A model generated the notes under the pieces. That model was not told the DNA's origin, did no database searches, and was given only the letters and a program-made list of their open reading frames with translations. From positions 1 to 20,820 of the forward strand of contig NW_003314507.1 of NCBI RefSeq assembly GCF_000143415.4: a stretch of DNA of 20,820 nucleotides, given 5' to 3'. Source of the stretch: Selaginella moellendorffii. Its lineage: Eukaryota > Plantae > Lycopodiophyta. The position numbers and the translations under genes are program-made. This document shows positions 9,336 to 19,728 of the stretch, one piece after another; position 1 is the first letter of the stretch, and each line of letters opens with the position of its first letter.

Positions 9336-10094
9336 AAACTAGGGAGAAGAAACCGTATGTTCTGGGGGACCTTGCAAAAAGGCTTGGAGCGATGGTGATA
9401 GAGAACCGGCCAGTCCAGGAGGTGGCTGCAGAAATCAACCAAATGGCAGATGGAACGGTATATCAGAAGCCATTTGATCGGACAGACACCAGTCATCATT
9501 TATGGCATGTATATTGTCTAGCCAAGCACTATCCGCATCTCCATAATCTGCTCAACCGGATGGGTTCTTCGACCATTGAACATGAGCGTGGACGTATTAG
9601 AGAAGAGATGGCATTACTATTGGGTTTAAATCCTGATAGTGTGGAGAGTGATGAAATTCCAAGATTATTGTATAGGCGTTGGAGGCAAAAAATAACAGTC
9701 TGAGATGGCATGTATTTATTTAAAAATGTAACTTATTATGGCATGGGGTTCCATACCATTGTATTAATATTAAAAGACAATTCTTTGAGAGGATTTGCAT
9801 TATACTAGAAGTGTTACAGCATGTTATTAGAAGTCTGAGAAGTTGTTTTATTAATAAGGGGAAAGTAAAGATTAAATGGGGACTTGGGCTCCACCTAGAC
9901 TCGGAGCAACTGAGCCAATATTAAAAGGATGGAAAGAAATTGGACGACGATAACAAGGAGAAGAGAGAGGTGAAGCAGTGGCAGGGGGAGGAGAAGTGAT
10001 TGAGTAGACATTTCCTTGTTTAAACTAAAATGGCATGTGCCTCAATGCAGTTGAATTTTGTTATATTTATATACTATATAAAGGTTTGGAAACC

Positions 10095-12681
10095 TTATTT
10101 TACAAATGGGATAATGACAATTCCCACTTTAACGAAATAGAGCTTTTTAGGATCCTAGTGCAAGATGTTGATGAAAATGTAGTACATATGCTTGCAAGAA
10201 GCATATGCCTTCCCATATTCCTCGCATTTCGTAAAGTTTGGACATGTGCAAGAAGGAAAGTCTTGAATGGCAATTATGTATTCTCCACCTTCTATTTTGA
10301 CTATGTACTCCTTTGCAAATGCAATGATGTACTTTGTGGAGAGAATCTCATACTCAAGTGTTTGAGCCAAGTTTATTTTACCTTGCTTCTACTTGGAGAT
10401 GGTACCAATAAATTTAACTGCCTTACCTTTCAAGATTAAAACCAGATTTCTCAAGGTTTTCAATCTCATCCGAGGTGAGCACAACCCCATTAGCAACCGG
10501 CCATTCTTTAGGTACTGCATCAGGTTTAGTCTCTATAGTGTTTTCAAGCCACTTTGTATGGTTGACATCAATGTTGTAGCAATATAACCAACACCATCTT
10601 GAAAATTCTACTTGCTTTCATTCCCCATGGAAATATGGGGCTGGAATAGAAGCAAACTTGTCACCACAGATCCAAGCCCAATACTTCCCTCTTAGAAGCA
10701 TCCCCACACACCTTACATTTGATTTTGCTGGCACTCGATGGATTGCCCATTGCTTCGGCTCTATGCTACAATAAGCAATTTCAACTTGCTGTGATGCACT
10801 TTCTTCATCAGCCACTTGAGGTGGCTCGGTTCGGGGGTGATGTCTTGGAGCAGAATGATACTCAACATCAAGCTTATGGGAGATTTTTGCTCCAAGATCT
10901 GTGCTAACATCTTCACCAACAAAGGAAAAGCGACGCTTTGAGCAGACAGTCTTCATATCACCAATAGAAGCCCGGGGAGTGTACTCCATAGATGTTCCAT
11001 GGACCACTTCCTCCACTACAGTTGCCACTGTTTGTGCTGGTGGAGTCACTTTCTTCTTGTAACATCTCAACCGAAAGTCCTATTCCCATGTATCTTCCTT
11101 CCTCAAATGCCAAGGCTTTTGAAGGCTGCTCTACAACGTGTATCAAATTTGATAGACATGCTTCATATAGACTCATTTTCCCTTTCCCTGCCTCAGAGGA
11201 ATGCCAGCTCCAATATTTACTCTTTGAGAGATTCAAAGTTGGGGTGTATGCAAGATCCTTAATTAGTTGATCCTTATAAAAAGATGATATTAAAAAGCAA
11301 TAAAAAGAGAGGAAAAAAAGAAAAACCAATCTGAAAAGAGTGATGTCCCCATTGGAACATTCTAACTTCCCACCACCCCAACCATGACTCAAGTTGTGGT
11401 AAACAACTTACATCAGTATGGCTATTTTTATGCCACCACATTCAGATCTTGTTTGTTTTTGCCTTGTGCTCTTCTTCAGAAGTGCAACCTGCCATTGTTT
11501 GCACAACTCCTTAAATGCTAATTGGAAATCTGGCTTGATAAGGTGGATAAACTTGTAGGGATAAATCTATTTTAGTTCAAGGATTGAGTTGATTTTTTAT
11601 TGGAGTTTCCCCTCTTGAGATTCACACATCCAAGATTTTATCCTAAATAAAACAAAATGTAAGAGAGATATTATTGAAAAGTATGTAATAATATTTTCAT
11701 ACCTCCTGAGGCTAGTTGCAAGTTGCACATGTCGTAATAACTCCCGCAAGCTAGTCTCATCCAGTTGAGTATTCTTGCAGTCTGGATCAAGTAAAGTGCT
11801 TGTGATAAAATCCTTGAGCACTGTCTTTTGAACATGCTTTAGAGTTGCAGATGAGTTTCTTACAGTCTCTATTTGCATTGCATCTTTGAAACGGTTGACT
11901 GAACTCCTTTGTATCCCTTCCTGCATTGGATGTGTGTGTGTGCCAATATGTACTGCAACTCTACCAGCCTCTCCATCCCATGGAAGAAAATAGTACATCT
12001 TGGCCCCGTAGATGGCACAACACAATGGAACATTCTTGCAAAACTGACACTTGAATCCAACACCAATGGTGTCACAGATGAGAGGATTGGTTGCAGATCC
12101 TTCAAAAAATATGGAGTTTTTTACTACGCTCTCAATTGCATGCTTTATTCACACAATCCAAATACCCACCACAATGAACCATGGACTGTGCCTTTGAAAT
12201 GCTGGAAATATGTGGTCTTAATCTTGCACCAGTTGTGAAAGTCCTGCTTTGTCTCCATCCCCTTTTGTTTTGAGCTGACAAAAGGTGGTAGTTCAAAGAA
12301 GATATTGCCATTGTATGTAGATGGGAGCTCACTAACGGGCCTATCCAGAAAGGAACACACGTCGATAGAGAGGTGCGAAAACTGGAAAGCATTGCAAACA
12401 ACTTTGAATATCGGTGAAGTTCGAGTTTGGAAATTCTTAGCTCGCACTAGACTAAAATCTCCATTAGAACTAGAATAGGAAGAAATGATGACGACCGAAT
12501 CTTGCTTCACATTCACTTTGGCAGGATTACAGCCTCGCACTTTGATTGGAGATCCAAAAACTCGAATCTCCTTTAACTTGGAATGTTGCAAATCCCAATG
12601 TTGTCCACCTTCACCTACATCTAAAAGAAGAAACTCCGATTGTTCAAATACACCAATGTTGTTGTGAATCACAGCCTCCAA
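10095..12681 (-). pseudogene. Degraded Mutator-like transposase-related gene with GCM-like zinc region and C-terminal SWIM finger
   Basis: Fragments in order: LPSTYNGNIFFELPP..HNWCK, CGGYLDCVNKAC, CQFC..CAIYGAKMYY..RVAVHIGTHTHP, LIKPDFQLAFKELCKQW, LESWLGWWEVRMFQWG, PTLNLSKSKYWSW..SLYEAC, and SWIM FPSCTCPNF..SCKHMYYIF. Many stops and frameshifts. GT-AG intron at 11702-11643. Ends are approximate. Confidence 0.7.
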
Positions 12682-13614
12682 TGAAATAGAACTGAGAGAA
12701 AGATCAAAACGTCGGCAAAGAAAACGTTCTGAAATAAGACTTTGAGAGAAAAAAAGCGGTGGGTGATCTTAGTAATGCAAAAGGAAACTCTCCATTTTGT
12801 TGCCTTTAAGTTTTGGAACTTTAAACTTTTATAAAGAAATGTCACCTCAAACATGTGCTATGCCATTATGTGAAAAGAAAGGGCAATTTTATTCTAGGAT
12901 CTAACATTGAATAATGTTGTTATAATAAATTCTATATGAAGTATATAGGACTATGTTGTACAATATTAAAAGTCTGTATATATTGAATTCAAAAACATGC
13001 TCAAATTTATTATATGGACTAACTTTTGGTAGAACGGAAAGAAATATCACCTTAAGCATATGCCATAATATGAAAGATATGAATGATTTTATTCTAGGAT
13101 CTACCATCAACCAACTATTGCCAAACAAATTAAATATTGTACATATTTTCAGTACTTCATTAAAGCCAGAAATCATCACATTCTTTTGAACTCATTTAAA
13201 TATATTCCATCTTTGTACTACCATCTATCACCTATAGTAAATTATATATATACATTGCTTTGGAAATAACACCTTACGATTTAATAATCTTATATTTTCT
13301 GACAAGATGCTATTACTTGCAAGAAATACATAATTCTCATTTATAATTTCGTATTATCATCAATTCAACACATGTGCTTGTGACATTATTTCCACATTAT
13401 GGCATAATCATATTAAAGCACACATCCATTATTAAATTACAACTCAAAAGGACTTTGTCACATGATCAAATCTAGGACAGAATAGAAATTGTACATTGCT
13501 AGCAAATATTTGCAGAATGTAATGAGAGTGGGAGATTGGGAGTGACTGTGGGATCCATCAGCGATGAACAGAATGCCGCCAAGAGTAAGTTTTTTACTCC
13601 TCCACTCCCACACC

Positions 13615-13888
13615 ACGTCCAGTGCCGCCACTGCCTAGAGCCGCTGCTGCCCATCACCGCCATGCCCAATGCTGCCGCGCCCATGCCATGCCACGCCCAG
13701 CGCCGCCACTGCCCAGGGCCGCCACTGCCCAGGGCCACCGCTGCCCAGCACCACCGCTGCCAAGTGCCCAGGCTGGGCATTTGGCCGGGCACTCCGCCCG
13801 AGCAGGCCATCGGTACACCAACGAACCGGCACCCGTGCCAAGTGCCTGTGCCAAGTGCCCGGGCCAGGCACTCTGCACGGGGCCGGCA
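13615..13888. repeat. GC-rich TGCC/GGCA low-complexity repeat array running into a gap
   Basis: Repeated CCACTGCCCAGGGCCG and TGCCAAGTGCC units, with reverse-oriented GGCA copies toward 13888, in otherwise AT-rich DNA. Confidence 0.7.
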
Positions 13889-13988
13889 NNNNNNNNNNNN
13901 NNNNNNNNNNNNNNNNNNNNNNNNNNNNNNNNNNNNNNNNNNNNNNNNNNNNNNNNNNNNNNNNNNNNNNNNNNNNNNNNNNNNNNNN
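13889..13988. other. Assembly gap (100 N)
   Basis: N run. Confidence 1.
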
Positions 13989-14055
13989 TGCAGATATCAT
14001 AGCTGCTTCTAGCATTAAATCAGTTAGAATGTGATCCTGCACTGCAATTTATAGT

Positions 14056-14442
14056 TCACGTCGGTATACCACAGATCTTGAACAAAATAGCTCGGGAGAT
14101 GCAACAGCGTGGTGTCCACGGCTGGCTTCTTGTAGGATCCATGCATCTCATCTCAAGTGGGCAGAGATCAAGTGGAAGCTGGAGAGCTATCCCAATTCTT
14201 GGGAGATGTGATGAAGAAAATGGCGGGATTGTTGATTTTTGTAGAGAGAATATCTGCACCTTTGTGAAACGTTTTCCTACAGGCCTTTCGAATCCACAGA
14301 ACCTGGAAGTCAAAACAAGAGAGAGTAGCTTCAGAACATTTAAAAGCTCACCCCTGCAAGTTCTGTTGTGGTACAGAGTGAATGAGTTTCTTTTTGCCTA
14401 TGGGAACCTCAAAGCCAATGCCAAGTACCTTTTTTGACAACT
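14056..14442 (-). CDS. Possible exons of an unidentified host gene
   Basis: A TTGCAG acceptor ends at 14443 after a CT tract. Exon 14442-14352 (LSKKVLGIGFEVPIGKKKLIHSVPQQNLQG) is followed by a 49-nt GTGAGC..TTCCAG intron and an in-frame continuation FCGFERPVGKRFTK. No family recognised. Confidence 0.35.
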
Positions 14443-14474
14443 CTGCAAAATCATAGAAAGAAAGAAACAAATGA

Positions 14475-14500
14475 AGAGAGAGAGAGAGAGAGAGAGAGAG
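14475..14500 (+). repeat. (AG)13 microsatellite
   Basis: Direct reading. Confidence 0.95.
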
Positions 14501-14672
14501 GAATTGATCCATCAATTTTATCTGTCTAGGTTTCTAGTTTCTTCCATACCTTGAGGAACCAATTGTTAAATTCCATTGAGTACTACTCCTCTTTTTAAAT
14601 AATTTGTTGTGCTATTTAAAATATACTACTCTTTTTAAATTTCTTTTGTGCTATCTAAAATATATCACAATG

Positions 14673-14823
14673 TGTGAGGGCCAAGTGTACAGTTATGATG
14701 CCGTATACTAATATTAGCATAGTGGGATTTTGGTAGCCATCGGATTGGTTTTAATTTGGACCACTCGCTCCAGTATATAAGCTAGGGTTTTTGGGCTAAT
14801 TGATATGCACATTTCTGTATTCC
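14673..14823 (+). repeat. 5' LTR (last ~24 bp and PBS hidden in gap)
   Basis: 141/151 identical to 19554-19704. Contains TATATAAG and CTAGGGTTT (telo-box). Confidence 0.95.
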
Positions 14824-14987
14824 NNNNNNNNNNNNNNNNNNNNNNNNNNNNNNNNNNNNNNNNNNNNNNNNNNNNNNNNNNNNNNNNNNNNNNNNNNNNN
14901 NNNNNNNNNNNNNNNNNNNNNNNNNNNNNNNNNNNNNNNNNNNNNNNNNNNNNNNNNNNNNNNNNNNNNNNNNNNNNNNNNNNNNNN
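14824..14987. other. Assembly gap
   Basis: N run. Confidence 1.
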
Positions 14988-15080
14988 TTAGATTTAGCTT
15001 TTTGCGTTGTCTAGATCTACCATTTCCTTCTAGCTTTTTGTCATTTCTCTTCTTTTGCTCTTTCTTTTTCGTTCATCTTC

Positions 15081-16013
15081 ATGGCAAATCAGCAATTTCC
15101 TCATTTGACTCTAGAGCAACAATTGGTACAATTGCTTGATGCTATGCGCTTGTAATTGAACAACCAAACTTAGTTGATGGCGGCATTCACGGCATGTGGT
15201 ACAACTCCTCTTGCTCTTGGTGCCAATCCTCGCGTTCGGCCGGAGTTCTTTCGCGGGAATCCTGGGGATGATGTGTACCATTGGTTCGATCACTTCACGG
15301 TGATTGCCACATATCATTCTTGGGATGATGCTCGACGGTTGCGTGAGTTTCCCATGTGTCTCCAAGGGACGGTGTTGCAGTGGTACAATGGTTTGAGCGC
15401 AGCCACTCGTGGGGATTGGAGTGTTCTCCCGTACGTCTTCAAACGCGCCTTCGGACATACCGATGATTGTGATGATGCTTTCAAACAATTGCATTGTCTT
15501 CGCCAAGGGCCATCTGAGTCGGTGATGCAATTTGGCGTTCGTTTCCGAAGTCTTTTGCTTCATGCGGAGCCAAATATGTTGGAGCGGATCAAGCTAGGAA
15601 TGTTGTGGCCAGCACTTCGTCAAGATCTTGTCGGCCTTATGCATGCACTTGCTCCTGCCACCCTTGACGATGCACTTCGCTTGGCACAACGTTATGAGAC
15701 GTCGCCTCTTCCACTTCTCGCTGCACGTCCTTCCGCTCCACTTCCTATGAGTGATGGTCCTGTTCCAATGGAGGTTGATGCTGCTGCTGCTCGAGTGCAA
15801 GGACAAGCGCGAGGACATGGTCGTGGCCGTGATGTTCACTGCTAGGCGTGTGATGAAGTTGGTCATACTTATCGGCGTTGCCGTCATTTTCCGGATTGGC
15901 GACCTCCATTTCCTAGGTGGAGACCTTGGCGTCAGCAACATCCCATGGGTGCTGCTGCAGTGGAAGGTCTGGACACCGAGATGCATCCAGGAAACGAGGA
16001 GTCGCGCGAGTAA
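15081..16013 (+). pseudogene. gag: gag
   Basis: ATG 15081 to TAA 16011-16013. PEFFRGNPGDDVYHWF, LQGTVLQWY, LRQGPSESVMQF, PVPMEVD and the zinc knuckle C*ACDEVGHTYRRC are present. Premature stops at 15153, 15171 and 15843. Confidence 0.9.
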
Positions 16014-16049
16014 CAGAGGGACCTTGCGCGAATAAATCAGTGACCCCTC
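15989..16049 (+). promoter_or_regulatory. Putative -1 ribosomal frameshift signal (slippery heptamer plus H-type pseudoknot)
   Basis: A GGA AAC at 15989-15995 in the gag frame, a 6-nt spacer, stem 1 16002-16010/16023-16031 and stem 2 GAGGG 16016-16020 / CCCTC 16045-16049. pol is in the -1 frame. Confidence 0.7.
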
Positions 16050-19000
16050 CATCTTTCTTTCGGGAGTATCATCAAGGGGTTCACTCGGCACCAGTTCATC
16101 CAATGTTTACTTTCCAAGTTCGTTTTTATAACAAGAGGTCTCCTATTATTCTCTCCGTGTTGGTTGATACAGGTTCGCGTTTATCTTCTATTGCTCGACC
16201 TGTTGCCACACGTTGTCGTCTACACTTGCGTCGTGCGGCAGAACCAGTTTTCATTCTTTATGGCAACGGCCGTACACATGCATGTGCACGGGATGAGGTG
16301 GACCTGGTTGTGCGTGTGAGCGATCTTGAGCTTGAGTTGCAGTCGTTGCGGGTGGTGCCAAATCAAGCTTTTGACCTCATTCTTGGTATGGATTGGTTGC
16401 AGCGCAATCATGCCAAGTGTGACTTTGAGGCTTCTCCCCTTGTCTTATACTTCCTTATGTTTCATCCATTCCTCTCACTTCCATACCTCTTCGTCCCTCT
16501 ACTTCTACCTCTGCTTCCATTACTTTTGTTCCCCCACTCTTTCCTTTTGTGTTTCCATCTTGTTCTGCTTTTCCCTTTTCCGATCCCTCCGACGATCTTT
16601 TGTTGCAGCAGTTGACCGGCTCATGAAGGAGTATTCTGATCTATTTGAATTTGACCTATCGTCTGGGGCCAAGATTGCCACATGTCATCCGATTCCAACC
16701 GGGGATGCTCGTCCAATCAAGGTTCCTGTTTGTCGTCAGTCACCTAAGGAGATCAAGATTTTACGAGCAAACGTCAAGGAAATGCTGGAGAAGGGTGTTA
16801 TTCGGAAGTCGCGGAGTCTTTGGGCATGTGAACCTCATCTTGTGACGAAGCCTGATGGGAGTATTCGTTTCTGCATCGACTATCGTCCGTTAAACGAAGT
16901 GACGATCCCAGATGTGTATCCTCTTCCACATACTGCTGATCTCTTGGATCGTCTGGGGCGAAGTCGTTGGTTCACCAAGCTAGATCTTCCTTCTGGGTAT
17001 TGGCAAGTACCGATGGCTGAAGAAGATATTCCTAAGATTGCTTTTCGTACACCATTTGGTTTGTATGAGTTCTTGGTGATGCCGTTTGGTTTGAACAATG
17101 CTCCAGCAACTTTCCAATGGATGATGGACGAGGTTCTTTGCGATATGCCAGAGGTGACTGTTGACTTCATTGATGATGTCTTGATCCACTCGGAGGGGAC
17201 GTGGGAGGAGCACGTTCGTGATGTTTGTAAAGTGTTGGATCAGTTACACGACGTTGGTTTAAAGCTGAAGCGGTCAAAGTATGTGTTTGGGTCCAAGGAC
17301 ACAACTTATCTTGGGTACCGTATTTCTCGTGAGGGTTTGCAAGTTGATCCTGACAAACTTGTGGCTGTTCTAAAGTTCCCTACTCCGAAGTGTGTGAATG
17401 ATGTGCAACGCTTTTTGGATAAGGTGCAGTATCTTGGTCGTTTTGTGGATCATCTTTCCGATCACACTACACCATTGCGAGCGTTGCTGAAGTCATCCAC
17501 GTCATCTTTCATCTGATCTTCGGATTGTGAGCGGGCGTTCGTGGATCTCAAAGAGCTATTGACGACTCCTCCGGTTTTGGCGTATCCTGACTACACTTGA
17601 CCTTTTATTTTGCACGTGGATGCTTCTGACATTGGTCTTGGAGGTGTGTTGATGCAAGAGAGCTCAAGTGTGTCTGGTCAGCACCATCCCATTGCATATA
17701 TAAGCCGTACATTACAACCAGCGGAGATGAACTACTCCACGACGGAGAAGGAGTGTTTAGCAGTAGTCTGGGGTTTTGAGAAACTTCATGCATATCTACA
17801 TGGTTCTCGGACGTTACTTGAAGGTGACCATGCTACTGTTACTTCATTATTAAAGCAGAAAAACCTGGTTGGTCGTATGGCTTGATGGGCTTTGAAGCTT
17901 CAGATATATGATTTTGATGTTGTTCATCGCCCAGGGAGTTCTATGGTTGATGCTGATGCCCTTTCTCGAGCTCCTCTTCCTTCTCCACTCACTTCTCATG
18001 TTTCTGACGAACCTGTTGTTCCAGCACCTGTGGATTNNNNNNNNNNNNNNNNNNNNNNNNNNNNNNNNNNNNNNNNNNNNNNNNNNNNNNNNNNNNNNNN
18101 NNNNNNNNNNNNNNNNNNNNNNNNNNNNNNNNNNNNCACAGGGCGCAGAGCAAGATCTACCTTCTCTTGATGAGGTTCGCGAGGCTCAAAAGATTGAGCC
18201 GTGGATTCGAAGGCTTCGAGATGGGTTTGAAAATCTTGCATCACTTGCTGATGACTTGCCTTTCCGGCATTTACATTCTCAATATCGCCTTGAAGATGGC
18301 CTTCTTTATTTTGTGGGGACGGATCCTGATGATCATTTACGGCTGGTGGTGCCTTTGGTGTTTATTCCGCGGTTTCTCCATGCCTACCATGATTCTCCTG
18401 TTCTTGGTGGGCATATGGGACACCGTCGTGTCACCGAGAAGCTGCGCAGGTCTTTCTATTGGCCGGAGATGCGACGTGATATTATCCTGTATGTGCGTAG
18501 CTACGTTTGGTGCCAAGCTCGTAATACTCCCCCTCGTGCTGCAAAAGGATGGTTGGAGTCAATTGTGGTTTCCCGTCTGTTTGAGTTAGTGGCGTTTGAT
18601 CTTATGGGACCTTTTCCATGGTCAACTGCTGGCAATGAGTATGTTATTATTGCTTCTGACTACTTGACTTGTTGGGTGGAAGTTGGTGCTCTTGCTAGCG
18701 CCTCTGCAACTGCTGTTGGATACTTCCTCCTCAATCGAGTGGTGTTCCAGCATTCTTGTCCAGAGCGGATTCTTTTGGATAATGGTCCCGCATTTATGGC
18801 TGAGGTATTTCATGTTTTGACATCTCGGTTGGGGATACGCCACACTTTTACGAGTGCTTATCATCCACAATCAGACGGTTTGGTGGAACGGCTTGTTCGG
18901 ACATTCAAAGGGATGATTGTGAAGTATGTGAACTTTCAGCATTTGGATTGGGATGGTTATTTGCCGTCTCTTTGGTATGCATATGTTACAGGGGTGCAGA

Positions 19001-19521
19001 GTTATGTTGGTGCTTCACCATATAAACTTCTATATGGTCATGATCCAATATTACCAACGGAGCTGGGTTTACCTTTGCGATTGCCACGAGCTGCCGATGC
19101 TAGATCATGGGATCAGTATTTGACGAGCATTCTTCCACTTGTTCGAGCAGAGTCTGCCGAACACTTAGGCCGCGTACAAGTGGGACAACAACGGCGCTAT
19201 AACTTCCATCATCGTCCACCTGCGGAGTACAAAGTGGATGATTTGGTGTTAGTCTGTTTTCCCCATCTTACGGTACATGGTTTATCTAAGAGGCTTCTTG
19301 CGCAATGGAAAGGACCATATCGGGTGTTGTGGCAAGTTGGACCACAAGTTTATGAGGTTCGGCATGACGTTCAGCAGGCCGATCCTCCAGAGATTGTGCA
19401 TGTGCAGCGGCTGATACGCTTCGTACAAAGGGATCAGGAGGAGTTAATACCACCTACAGATCCACCGATGCCTCCTCCTGATGTTCCTCCAGCTCCCGGC
19501 CCATCTTCAAGAGAACCCTGA
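15995..19521 (+). pseudogene. pol: pol (protease, RT, RNase H, integrase with GPY/F motif)
   Basis: PR: LVDTGS, LILGMDWL. RT: RFCIDYRPLN, MPFGLNNAPATFQ, FIDDVLI. RH: VDASDIGLG, YSTTEKECLA. INT: HDSP..GGHMG, FDLMGPF, DNGPAF, SDGLVER, WKGPYRV. Frameshift between PR and RT. Stops at 17514, 17598 and 17883. Confidence 0.95.
18037..18136. other. Assembly gap (100 N) inside pol
   Basis: N run. Confidence 1.
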
Positions 19522-19538
19522 TGGTCTTCCATTATCCC

Positions 19539-19553
19539 GAGAGGATGGGATGA
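19539..19553 (+). other. Polypurine tract
   Basis: GAGAGGATGGGATGA immediately before the 3' LTR. Confidence 0.8.
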
Positions 19554-19728
19554 TGTGAGGGCAAAGTGTACGGTTACGATGCCATATACTGATATTAGCG
19601 TAGTGGGATTTTGGTAGCCGTCGGATTGGTTTTAATCTGGACCACTTGCTCCTGTATATAAGCTAGGGTTTTTGGGCTAATTGATATGCACATTTCTGTA
19701 TTCCCTTTCCATATTCCAAGCACTCACA
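19554..19728 (+). repeat. 3' LTR (175 bp)
   Basis: TGTGAGGGC...GCACTCACA terminal inverted ends; matches the 5' LTR. Confidence 0.95.

Larger units (their letters stand above)
4073..9703 (+). pseudogene. Multi-exon transposon accessory gene: ParB/Srx-like + degenerate N6/N4 DNA-methyltransferase-like + acidic/repeat linker + FCP1/HAD-like domain
   Basis: Predicted exons: 4073-4075 (ATG), 4315-5493, 5548-6871, 6922-7008, 7065-7136, 7186-7329, 7377-7929, 7987-8001, 8051-8158, 8209-8793, 8841-9703. All introns are GT-AG, nine of them 47-57 nt, and the joins keep the frame. Lesions: stops at 5374, 5428, 6142, 8104 and 8757, and a +1 frameshift in the A-run near 7594-7601. Confidence 0.75.
167..9759. 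repeat. Dispersed 22-bp palindrome family, consensus ATGGCRTGWGGCCWCAYGCCAT
   Basis: Clear copies start at 167, 224, 1815, 1885, 1983, 4101, 4178, 4238, 5515, 7014, 7155, 7346, 8586 (a perfect palindrome, ATGGCGTGTGATCACACGCCAT), 8661 and 9738. Degenerate copies lie near 2011, 2595, 2671, 3331, 4203 and 10030. Confidence 0.95.
1..9760. mobile_element. Large DNA transposon (partial): transposase plus divergent multi-domain accessory gene, marked by a dispersed 22-bp palindrome
   Basis: The transposase pseudogene and the divergent gene share the palindrome, similar GC content and similar decay. The last good motif copy is at 9738-9759, where the sequence turns AT-rich. The left end is outside the window and no TIR was found, so the right boundary is approximate. 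Confidence 0.65.
14673..19728 (+). mobile_element. Full-length decayed Ty3/gypsy LTR retrotransposon, non-chromovirus
   Basis: Paired LTRs with TGTGAG...CTCACA ends. AATG flanks both sides (14669-14672, 19729-19732). Domain order is gag-PR-RT-RH-INT, with a PPT and no chromodomain. Confidence 0.96.

Noticed and set aside
167-9759. Palindromic repeats as a CRISPR array or bacterial REP elements
   Set aside because: Spacing is irregular (57 bp to over 1 kb), copies lie in spliceosomal introns and exons, no cas genes are present and the context is eukaryotic.
12901-13189. AT-rich overlapping ORFs
   Set aside because: Low-complexity translation of non-coding AT-rich DNA with no motifs.
9760-13500. 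Terminal inverted repeats around the SWIM/Mutator-like gene
   Set aside because: Comparing the two flanks by eye showed no convincing inverted match or TSD.
13499-14042. Multiple Pro/Ala/Cys-rich ORFs
   Set aside because: They are artefacts of the GC-rich repeat and the N gap.
16440-16615. Hydrophobic stretch after the protease as an env-like or transmembrane domain
   Set aside because: It is an out-of-frame reading of the pyrimidine-rich PR-RT linker caused by a frameshift.
902-17885. In-frame stops as a sign of an alternative genetic code or U-to-C RNA editing
   Set aside because: All three stop types occur and replace different residues, some need G>A changes, frameshifts co-occur, and the DNA is nuclear TE sequence.
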